Shown piece by piece: positions 18,753 to 26,998 of a stretch of DNA of 32,000 nt. A program made the position numbers and the translations under genes. Within the stretch, counting starts at the first letter, position 1. The number at the start of each line of letters is the position of its first letter. Source of the stretch: Candidatus Midichloria mitochondrii IricVA (GTDB lineage Bacteria > Pseudomonadota > Alphaproteobacteria > Rickettsiales > Midichloriaceae); the NCBI RefSeq assembly GCF_000219355.1, contig NC_015722.1, positions 870,001 through 902,000 on the forward strand. Direction: 5' to 3'. The notes beneath the pieces were generated by a model. It was not told where the DNA came from, did not search any database, and saw only the letters and a list, made by a program, of their open reading frames with translations.

Positions 18753-18888
18753 GACAGTATACACGTTTTATTGAAGCAAAAATTAGTAGGTTTTGAAACT
18801 TAGATTTCTTGTCGGCCTGCATATCCAGGGTTTTATTCATAAATAGTAATATTTTCTGTAATTCTTGGGTAAAAAAAAGTATCTTGTT

Positions 18889-19580
18889 CTATGATATCTG
18901 TCTGGTTATCGTCATGCAAGTTACTGCCCTCATAACCAAAATCATCATCCAGCTCAAAAATTCTGGGTGGCATCTTGGAAGGCCGGAAAATACCGGCCCA
19001 GCTGCACTGTACAATACTACCTCATATAATCCTTGCAAGAGGGTATACTCGAGATTCTTGGATTCGTCGCTATTTTTGCTGTAGCCCAGCTGTTGACATA
19101 AAGCGATAAACCAGCGAGCAATTTCATCAAAGAAATTATTATCTTGATTTATCGATGTAATCATATCAGGAATGGCTACAACTGGGTTGCCCCGATCTCC
19201 GAATAGGAGGCCTGTCAAATATTGAGTCAGTTTTTTCGACAACGGCTCGATCATCTGTATTACCCGAAGTCAGTGTGAATGACATAATCTCTCCTTGATC
19301 ATTGAGGCCAAAGAACCATCCGGGTCGACGTTTTCCCACGCTGAGCGACGCCTTTAAGGACCTTATTACGGCTAGTACGTAAGTTATGACAAACCTTCCA
19401 GCTTTTTGTTGAGTCAACGTACCTGTTTGTTTCCCTTTGCAGCAATTCAGCAGAATGACCAACGGAATGACCGCGTCTCGCATCAGCTCAACAAAGCGAT
19501 TGTAGCTGATAAGCTTCGGCAATTCCTCTCTGAAAGAGATTTGAACACAGTTTAGGTAAAAATCTTTGAATCCGGTAATG
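18889..19580 (-). mobile_element. IS982-family transposase remnant (5'-truncated, frameshifted)
   Basis: GITGFKDFYLNCVQISFREELPKLISYNRFVELM...GKRRPGWFFGL.NDQGEIMSFTLTSGNTDDR (19166..19594) is followed in another frame by LLFGDRG...LPRCHPEFLS (18889..19254). It lacks the ~60 N-terminal codons of the family. Boundaries are approximate. Confidence 0.75.
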
Positions 19581-19581
19581 C

Positions 19582-20035
19582 CACAAAAAGTCACTTAAGG
19601 ATATCGAGGTCCTAGAGATTGACGAGCTGTGCACATATATAAAAAGACCAAAGAATGTAGGGGAACACCTTTATATGGATTGCTGTTGATAGAGGAGCGG
19701 GTGAAATTATTGATTTTGAAGGGTAGGTGACGGGAGTAAGGCAACCTATCTGAACCTGGCATTTTAGGCTTGAAGAACGTTATAAAATTGAGCATGTACA
19801 GGTGATCACAGCGTTTATGAATACTATAAAATCTCCACGCACCATCACGAAACAAAGGCTGGGACATCATTGTGGTAGAATCAAAGAATTCTTTAAAGGC
19901 ATTATCTAGCTCGTTTTAATCGAAGAACGAAGCGCTACAGCAAATTCCTGAGGATGCTTTGCACTATTCTTAACCTCTTCTTCCATAGGCATTTGCTGGA
20001 TTTGAAACTTCTATCTATAAATATTAGGCAATGCC
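19582..20035 (+). mobile_element. IS1-family element, 3' half only (degenerate InsB-like region plus right terminus)
   Basis: Plus-strand frames give LEIDELCTYIK..., WIAVDRGAGEIIDFEG*, and LARFNRRTKRYSKFLRMLCTILNLFFHRHLL, which is the IS1 InsB pattern. It ends in ttaggcaatgcc (20035). It is near-identical to the reverse complement of 26099..26552. Confidence 0.75.
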
Positions 20036-20130
20036 ATATCTCTTGAGTTAGATGAGGTAAAATTTTTTATATCGATAAACCATACTACATACTATATATG
20101 AGAGCGTTAACTTGAGCCATTTACCTGTTA

Positions 20131-20158
20131 CTTGAAAAATCATAATTATAACCTATTT
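20131..20158 (+). promoter_or_regulatory. Putative sigma-32 (RpoH)-type heat-shock promoter of clpB
   Basis: CTTG (20131-20134), a 17-nt spacer, then CCTATTT (20152-20158). The -35 reads CTTGAAA. This fits the CTTG-N17/18-CYTATNT pattern reported for alphaproteobacterial RpoH promoters and the E. coli CTTGAAA/CCCCATNT type. It lies 28-34 nt upstream of the ATGs at 20186 and 20192. Confidence 0.45.
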
Positions 20159-20191
20159 AATAAGAATAGAGATATTTTTAAAGTAATGAGT

Positions 20192-22780
20192 ATGAACTTA
20201 GAGAAACTTACTGATAATGCCAGAGCTATCTTGCAAAAAGCTCTATTGAAAGCTACTGCAATGGATCATCAGCAGTTAGTGCCAGAACATTTAACATGTA
20301 CACTTATAGAAGAAGATGAGTTAATTGCACAAATTATCATTTCTCTTGGCTCTAAAACAGAAATTATTGTATCAAAGTTAAAGGAATCATTAGCGAAAAT
20401 ACCATCGGTAAGTGGAAGCGGAGCTTCTCACCCTTACGTGGCAGCTGACACCGCCAAGGCATTACGGTGCGCCGAGGAGCTTGCAACAAAATACGGCGAT
20501 AGCTTTGTTACAACTGAGAGATTATTGCAAGGTATAATAAGAAAATCTTCAAGTGTAGCTTCTATATTTAAAGCTGTAGGAATAACAGAGTCAATGGTAG
20601 ATCAAGCAGTAGAAAATGTTCGAAAAGGGCGTAAAGCGCAATCAGCGAATGCTGAAGACTCAATGCAAGCGCTAAAAAAATATACAAAAGATATCACAGT
20701 TTTAGCAGTTTCTGGCAAGCTTGATCCAGTCATTGGAAGAGATGAAGAAATCAGAAGGGCTATACAAGTTTTATCAAGAAGAACTAAAAATAACCCGGTT
20801 TTAATAGGAGAGCCTGGAGTTGGTAAAACTGCTATTGTTGAGGGCCTTGCCCAAAGAGTTATTGCAGGCGATGTACCAGAAAGCTTGCATAATATAAAAT
20901 TATTGTCTTTGGATTTAGGCGCACTAATTGCTGGAGCTAAATATAGAGGAGAGTTTGAGGAAAGACTGAAAGCAGTTTTAAATGAGATTACTTCAGCAAG
21001 CGGGGAGATAATTATATTTATTGACGAGCTGCACACATTAGTTGGGGCAGGAGCAGAGGCCGGAGCAATGGATGCATCGAACTTATTAAAGCCAGCTCTT
21101 GCAAGGGGAGAGCTGCACTGTGTTGGGGCAACAACGCTTGCAGAATATGAGAAATATATAGAAAAAGATGCAGCTCTTGCTAGAAGATTTCAGCCAGTAT
21201 TTGTTGGAGAGCCAACTGTTGAAGATACAATTTCCATTTTAAGAGGACTGAAAGAGAAATATGAAGTTCATCACGGGATTAGAATTAGTGATAGTGCGAT
21301 AATTTCAGCGGCCACTCTTTCTAAAAGGTACATAACGGACCGGTTCTTACCTGATAAGGCGATTGATCTAATAGATGAAGCAGCAAGTAGGCTCCGTATG
21401 CAAGTCGATAGCAAACCAGAAGAAATTGATGAACTAGAAAGAAGGATTATGCAATTAAAAATAGAAGAAATTGCATTAGCTAAAGAAGAGGATGAGGCAT
21501 CAAAAGAAAGGTTAAAAGGTATCAAAAGAGAGCTTGCGCAATTGGAATCTCAATCACTTGATTTAACTAATAAATGGCAAGCTGATAAAATGAAGCTTAG
21601 TGAACTTAAGTCAGCTAAAGAAAAGCTAGAGAGTGCTAAAATAGAACTCGAAAACGCACAACGGCAAGGCAATTTTAACCGTGCCGGAGAGCTGAGATAC
21701 GGGGTTATACCTGCTTTAGAAAGAAAGATCGCTGAATTTGACGCTAGTAAAGCGAGTACCTTCATGAAAGAAGCAATTACTGAACAAGACATTGCTGCAA
21801 TTGTTTCAAGGTGGACCGGCGTTCCAGTTGATAAAATGCTCGCCTCTGAAAAAGAGAAATTACGCAACATGGGAAAGTATCTAGAAAAATTCGTTGTTGG
21901 ACAACACTCAGCAGTTGTTGCAGTAAGTAATGCAGTAAGAAGATCGAGAGCGGGCCTTTCTGACCAAGATAAACCTATAGGTTCTTTTCTATTTTTAGGC
22001 CCAACTGGCGTTGGAAAAACTGAATTAGCAAAAGCGTTAGCGCAGTTTTTATTTAATGATAAAAAAGCGATAGTGAGGGTAGACATGTCTGAATGTATGG
22101 AGAAGCATTCTGTTGCTAGATTGATTGGAGCTCCTCCAGGCTATGTTGGCCATGAAGAAGGTGGAGTGCTTACTGAGGCCGTGAGAAGAAGGCCTTACCA
22201 GATCATATTATTAGATGAAATTGAAAAAGCTCATCCAGATGTATTTAATATATTATTGCAAGTTTTAGATGAAGGCAGGTTAACTGACGGCCATGGTAGA
22301 ACTATAGATTTTAGGAATACGGTAATTATTTTAACATCCAACCTAGGAGCAGAATTCATAGCCCAATTAGCAGAAGGACAGGATACTGATTCTGCAAAAA
22401 ATTTGGTAATGGAAGTAGTAAAAAAATCTTTTAAGCCAGAATTTATTAACAGGTTAGATGAAATAATATTATTTAGTAGGTTACATAAATTTAATATGAC
22501 GGAAATAACTGAGATCCAGCTAAAAAGGTTAGAGGAGATTCTTGCTGAAAAACATATCACTCTTGCTATTGATGATTCTCTTAAAAACTGGATAGCAGCC
22601 GAGGGCTATGATCCAGTATATGGAGCAAGGCCTTTAAAAAGAGTGATTCAACATTCTTTGCAAAATAGACTAGCCGAAGAGATATTAGCAGGCAATGTGG
22701 CGGAAGGTGATAAAATTAGAGCTATCTATGATGAGAAGAACCAAATTGTTAAGATTGAGAAAAACGATTTGGGATCTTAA
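20192..22780 (+). CDS. clpB: Chaperone disaggregase ClpB
   Basis: Two AAA+ modules (GEPGVGKTAIVEGLAQR; GPTGVGKTELAKALA), a long middle coiled coil and a Clp_N start MNLEKLTDNARAILQKA. The start is ATG 20192 or 20186. The TTG at 20132 lies inside the putative promoter. Confidence 0.95.
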   Translation: MNLEKLTDNARAILQKALLKATAMDHQQLVPEHLTCTLIEEDELIAQIIISLGSKTEIIVSKLKESLAKIPSVSGSGASHPYVAADTAKALRCAEELATKYGDSFVTTERLLQGIIRKSSSVASIFKAVGITESMVDQAVENVRKGRKAQSANAEDSMQALKKYTKDITVLAVSGKLDPVIGRDEEIRRAIQVLSRRTKNNPVLIGEPGVGKTAIVEGLAQRVIAGDVPESLHNIKLLSLDLGALIAGAKYRGEFEERLKAVLNEITSASGEIIIFIDELHTLVGAGAEAGAMDASNLLKPALARGELHCVGATTLAEYEKYIEKDAALARRFQPVFVGEPTVEDTISILRGLKEKYEVHHGIRISDSAIISAATLSKRYITDRFLPDKAIDLIDEAASRLRMQVDSKPEEIDELERRIMQLKIEEIALAKEEDEASKERLKGIKRELAQLESQSLDLTNKWQADKMKLSELKSAKEKLESAKIELENAQRQGNFNRAGELRYGVIPALERKIAEFDASKASTFMKEAITEQDIAAIVSRWTGVPVDKMLASEKEKLRNMGKYLEKFVVGQHSAVVAVSNAVRRSRAGLSDQDKPIGSFLFLGPTGVGKTELAKALAQFLFNDKKAIVRVDMSECMEKHSVARLIGAPPGYVGHEEGGVLTEAVRRRPYQIILLDEIEKAHPDVFNILLQVLDEGRLTDGHGRTIDFRNTVIILTSNLGAEFIAQLAEGQDTDSAKNLVMEVVKKSFKPEFINRLDEIILFSRLHKFNMTEITEIQLKRLEEILAEKHITLAIDDSLKNWIAAEGYDPVYGARPLKRVIQHSLQNRLAEEILAGNVAEGDKIRAIYDEKNQIVKIEKNDLGS

Positions 22781-22980
22781 TAGCCACAAGTTTTTGTATA
22801 GTGATAAGAAAAAATGGCGGAGATCAGTTTACCACAACCTAACCAACTCCAAACTGGGGTGGTGTAGTCGTGTTGTTCTCTCCAAATGCGATTATAGAGG
22901 CGCACTTAGAGGGGGGGCTAAATTGGTTGTTTTTAGACTCTTCATACAGAGAGCAGGCGCACAGACATAATGTTCGTAAA

Positions 22981-23024
22981 GTTACTATATCAGTAACCTT
23001 AAGGACGTGCTATGTCCTTAAGGT
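22981..23024. repeat. Two adjacent perfect inverted repeats (6-bp and 11-bp stems)
   Basis: GTTACT-atatc-AGTAAC spans 22981-22997. ACCTTAAGGAC-gtgctat-GTCCTTAAGGT spans 22996-23024. No T-run follows on either strand. Confidence 0.6.
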
Positions 23025-23151
23025 GTCGAAAAATGATACCTACAGGACACTATAGATTCTGCTATGGTTCTTATCAGCATATTCTGCTTGACTTATCAGC
23101 TTTTTATCGGCACAATGAGCGGCGAGGCCAAACTGATATTGGGCTTATGTT

Positions 23152-24223
23152 GTGTCGGCAAATTTTAAGCCTGCCTGTGGTATCGCGCCTGGCGTTGCCA
23201 GGCGTCTTATGAGGATCGAAGCTGTCAAGGGGGAGTTCGCGTTGCTGCCTGTAGTCCTACGACACTTGCATCTGTTGCGTGAGACAGCAAAGTTATACGT
23301 CGCTCATTATTCAACGGCGATAGAAGGGAATCAACTAAAGCCCAACGAAATTAAAGCGGTCATTCAGTTCAAAGGACATTTTCCTGGCAGAGAACGGGAT
23401 GAACATGAAGTTGAAAAAGGGCTATTATGCTTGCCCTAGCTCGGCTTGAGCGATACGCCGCACAAAACCCATCCTGTAAACTGGGAAAAGTTATCCAAAC
23501 CTTACATGCTCTTGTGATAAGTGGTGGTTGCACGCGCATCGAACCGCCCCCCCCGCACCGTGATGGGCAAAATGTTATCAAAAGGGCAAGTAGCACAGGA
23601 ACATTGGGTATCGTGGATCAAAGAAAATGAAGGACTGCCACGCCCCCATCACTGCCGGTATTGCCCATTACCAGTTCGCAACGATCCACCCTTATTACTA
23701 CGATGGTAATGGCCGCACAAGTAGGTTGCTGACGACGTTGATTTTTGCACCTTCGCGGATATGATTTAAAAGGACTGTATTCTCTTGAGGAATGTTGTGC
23801 CAAAAATTTACTTGGCTATTATCGTGCTATCAGTATTGGACCATCTCATAATTATTACTTCGGAAGAGCTGAAGGTGATATTACAACCTGGGTGGAGTAT
23901 TTTACCGAAGGTGTGGCTTTTGCTTTTGAGAAAGTTGTATCCCAGATGATTGCAAGTAATGAAAAGGGTGAAAAAGATCATTCTGAACTGATGCGTACGT
24001 TAGATCCAAAATAACGCAAAGCCTTGGAGTTATCCAAGGAATATGGATGTAGTTACAGCCAAGCAAATAGTTGATTTATCTGGCTTTCAACCCAGAACGA
24101 ACGCTGCGCTTTGTAAAAAAATGGGTCGAAAGCGGCTCCCTAGAAATAGTCGATTACTCTAATAAAGCTAGAAAATATAAACTAGCGCACGCCTACGACA
24201 TTCTTGTTATGGAGGGTCTGTGA
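23152..24223 (+). pseudogene. fic: Fic-domain protein (class II, N-terminal inhibitory helix), multiply frameshifted
   Basis: YSTAIEGNQL (SxxxEG, 23311-23331). ITAGIAHYQFATIHPYYYDGNGRTSRLLTTLI (Fic motif, 23687-23725) lies in a frame with no long ORF. Then GYDLKGLYSLEE...YYRAI...DITTWVEYFTEGVAFAFEKV (23745..24014). A C-terminal wHTH-like tail ends KARKYKLAHAYDILVMEGL, stop 24221-24223. At least three frame changes. Confidence 0.85.
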
Positions 24224-24778
24224 GCAAATTTCAATCTAATATCATCAGCATTTATGTAAAGCTCGATCTTGATGGTGAAGCGTTAAAGCGAGAAGCCTCT
24301 GCTCTAAAATGCATTGCGGGATTTGGTGCAGTTAAAGTGTTGGCTGCAGACCCACAATTTCCCCTATGTCAAAGATTGTCTCTAGGCTTTGGATAAAGAA
24401 TGGGACCTTCCATCAGGCTATTTGCAAAAAGCAAGAAAGCTCAGTGACCAGCTTTTACAAAATTCTGGACCAGATGTTTTGCTACGAGGTGATTTGCACA
24501 TCACGATAACATCTTGCAAAATGGTGAGGATTGGGCTGTGATTGGTGAGGGGGCGGCCTATTAAGTAGCCGCCCTTTTATTCAAGATCCTATACCAGCAC
24601 TTCTAAGCGTATAAAATGCGGCAGAGATTATTCAAAATCGTATGCCACATTTTCTGGCACCTTAAACGTTCCAAAGAGCAGAAGTGTAGACTGGTGTTTT
24701 GTTCAGGCGGTGCTTGCATGGATTTGGGCGTTAGAAGATAGAGTTGCGACACAAGCTACTTTTAGGGGCAATGACTGA
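24220..24778 (+). pseudogene. APH(6)/streptomycin-kinase-like phosphotransferase remnant (N-truncated, frameshifted)
   Basis: EALKREASALKCIAGFGAVKVLAADPQF precedes an early stop. LLRGDL plus (frame change) HHDNILQNGEDWAVIGEGAAY lies around 24488-24560. The C-terminal WIWALED ends at stop 24776-24778. The pattern matches the aminoglycoside/hydroxyurea resistance kinase family. Confidence 0.6.
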
Positions 24779-24810
24779 ATTTTTTAAAACAATGTGCAAA
24801 GGAGGTTTAG

Positions 24811-24990
24811 ATGACATTCAATAATCTTTTATCAATGCATCAATTGTTTTTTCTAACATTATCTGCATTTTTTGCGCTTTTCGTGTCTAGACATTTATTC
24901 ATAAAAAGAAAATTATCGTTTTCTATATCATATTATTTTGTTTTGCACCTTATTTGTCTCAGCAGTTGGTGGAGGAAGTGTGCAAAATGA
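24811..24990 (+). CDS. Small hydrophobic protein, 59 aa (below the 60-aa ORF-track cutoff)
   Basis: ATG at 24811 is preceded by AAGGAGG (24799-24805) at 5-nt spacing. Sequence: MTFNNLLSMHQLFFLTLSAFFALFVSRHLFIKRKLSFSISYYFVLHLICLSSWWRKCAK, with two hydrophobic stretches split by a basic loop. AT-rich, unlike its neighbours. Confidence 0.35.
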   Translation: MTFNNLLSMHQLFFLTLSAFFALFVSRHLFIKRKLSFSISYYFVLHLICLSSWWRKCAK

Positions 24991-25288
24991 TGGTTATTCT
25001 CGACTAGAGCAATAAACACAAACTCGACCATGTAAAACAAAACCCACAAAATTATGATTCAATGCTTGCTATTGATATCCAGGACTTCAGAAACTCTGAT
25101 GAATTTAGGAGCAATATATCTCAAAAGGACATGATAATGGCTGTTGATAAAGCTGAGGCTATATCTATAGGGTGGCTTTTCGTCCTTCTGTCTGATATTG
25201 CGATGATTATTTGCACATATTCTCCAATATGTGGCAAGTACCATAAAAAAATAGATTTTTTCGAGACGTTCATAAACTCGTAACATAA

Positions 25289-25507
25289 ATTATGTTGCCA
25301 TATGTAAAAGTTTAAGTAGCTTGCAAATAGAATCCATAATAAATAGGGCATCATAAATAGCGATACAGATCTAGCCTTCAGATAGGCTACATAAATAATA
25401 GTGCTAACCGCGCAATATCCATTACTACTAAAACTAGGGGCGAAAGACCAGTCAAGTGATAGTGGAAAAAACAAGGGTGTCCAGCACCAGTTTAAAATTA
25501 ACTGGAT
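25289..25507 (-). pseudogene. tspO: TspO/MBR-family protein, C-terminal stub only
   Basis: LNWCWTPLFFPLSLDW...LFMMPYLLWILFASYLNFYIWQHN matches the last TspO helices (N-W-lFF ... PYl-W-FA--LN--iw-lN). A TAA lies 6 codons upstream of the LNW motif and no N-terminal half is present. The frame runs on ~55 codons past the normal end. Confidence 0.6.
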
Positions 25508-26098
25508 TTACATGTGAGCTTTTGATAAGTCTTAGGTAGGAAGACGATGAAGTGCTCCAAATGACCCAACTACAAGCACCGGTTGTCCCATATAAAATAG
25601 TCCAGGCAACTGGAAACACATAACTGGGAGGCGTAAGAGCTGATAAATCCTCACTTTCACTTCTTCAATTTCTGCATGGACAATCCTTCCTGCCTCCATC
25701 AGTTCATATTTACATATGGAGGTACAAATATCGCCTTGCATTATAGCAAGACTGCTTAGGATGATTTTTTGGCCATTTTCCTGGCCATACAGAACCCCGC
25801 GCCATACACCTTCGGCGGCACAGCTTTTTCAAAGTTTCCGCTTTCAAACAGCAATCCTTTCTTGTCGTATTTATCGTCTTTTACGAACAGCTGAGCCATG
25901 GTTTAAGCAGAAAGTACGGGGCTTTGCAATCCTCAGTATAGCAGCTTCAAGTTTTGCGTGATTAAAATGATGAACCAGAAGATAATTGATTAATTCTTCA
26001 GGAAAGTCTCTTAACGTTTTGCGCTTTTGTTGCACGGAAAAGTTCGTGGGGGGGAGGTTTGGGCATAGATAAGTCAAACAACATGACTAGCTACGTCC

Positions 26099-26914
26099 TG
26101 GCATTGCCTAATATTTATAGATAGAAGTTTCAAATCCAGCAAATGCCTATGGAAGAAGAGGTTAAGAATAGTGCAAAGCATCCTCAGGAATTTGCTGTAG
26201 CGCTTCGTTCTTCGATTAAAACGAGCTAGATAATGCCTTTAAAGAATTCTTTGATTCTACCACAATGATGTCCCAGCCTTTGTTTCGTGATGGTGCGTGG
26301 AGATTTTATAGTATTCATAAACGCTGTGATCACCTGTACATGCTCAATTTTATAACGTTCTTCAAGCCTAAAATGCCAGGTTCAGATAGGTTGCCTTACT
26401 CCCGTCACCTACCCTTCAAAATCAATAATTTCACCCGCTCCTCTATCAACAGCAATCCATATAAAGGTGTTCCCCTACATTCTTTGGTCTTTTTTATATA
26501 TGTGCACAGCTCGTCAATCTCTAGGACCTCGATATCCTTAAGTGACTTTTTGTGCTGGTTGCCAGCTCTTATCTAACTTTTCTTGCACATAGCGTCCCCC
26601 CCCCGTCTTTCGATCCATGAAGATTTTTGGCTGTTATGGATTTCCCAGTCAGTCTCTCTATCGTCCTAATCCCACAGTCTTCAAGGTTAAGTTTTAAGTC
26701 TATCATTCATCGTGTATTTCTGCCGCTTATCACCTTCTCGGTAATTCTTTTTGCAATTCTTGCAATCTATACCTCTGCCGTCCATATACCACACCATTCT
26801 TCACCTGCTCGCTGGAGCCGCAATATATTTACACTTAATTGTAATTTCTGCCCCCCCGTTTTACTACGAAGATATCACACCCTCTTATGCCGTCTATAAT
26901 TACCAGGCATTGCC
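26099..26914 (-). mobile_element. IS1-family element, full length (816 bp) but with a degenerate transposase
   Basis: Imperfect ~21-bp terminal inverted repeats: GGCATTGCCTAATATTTATAG at 26099, and GGCAATGCCTGGTAATTATAG as the reverse complement at 26914. The minus strand carries InsA-like and InsB-like segments co-linear with copies 5256..5700 and 19582..20035, broken by stops and frameshifts. No flanking direct repeat seen. Confidence 0.8.
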
Positions 26915-26998
26915 GTTTTATTGAGGCATGTTGTTGTTAATATTTGACAATCAAGGGTTGATTGTTGTGCTGTATGCAATTTATAGTGGAATGAGTGA

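Noticed and set aside
18851-18870. Sequence whose reverse complement (ACCCAAGAATTACAGAAAAT) resembles what I vaguely recall of IS982-type terminal repeats
   Set aside because: Its orientation points away from the IS982 remnant body, and I cannot verify the reference IR sequence from memory.
19595-19870. ORF MMSQPLFRDGAWRFYSIHKRC..., duplicated at 26265..26576
   Set aside because: Both lie antisense to the IS1-family InsB-like coding remnant. The sense strand carries the recognisable transposase motifs. These are shadow ORFs in a repeated element, not a gene family.
20602-22560. Minus-strand ORFs of 84-178 aa inside clpB (20602..21036, 21271..21525, 21550..22086, 22231..22560)
   Set aside because: These are antisense shadow ORFs within a strongly supported ClpB coding sequence, with Ser/Leu-rich composition typical of such frames. 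The same reasoning applies to 3390..3734, 5991..6242, 7926..8201, 9238..9711, 15694..16164, 17172..17354, 17819..18064, 27216..27568, 28669..30013 and 30945..31208.
24551-24581. GC-rich hairpin GGGCGGC...GCCGCCC followed by TTTTATT, which looks like a rho-independent terminator on the plus strand
   Set aside because: It lies inside the APH(6)-like remnant. The arms are the codons for GEGAAY / VAALL of that coding sequence, and family similarity resumes downstream (WIWALED). It is more likely a coding palindrome than a dedicated terminator.
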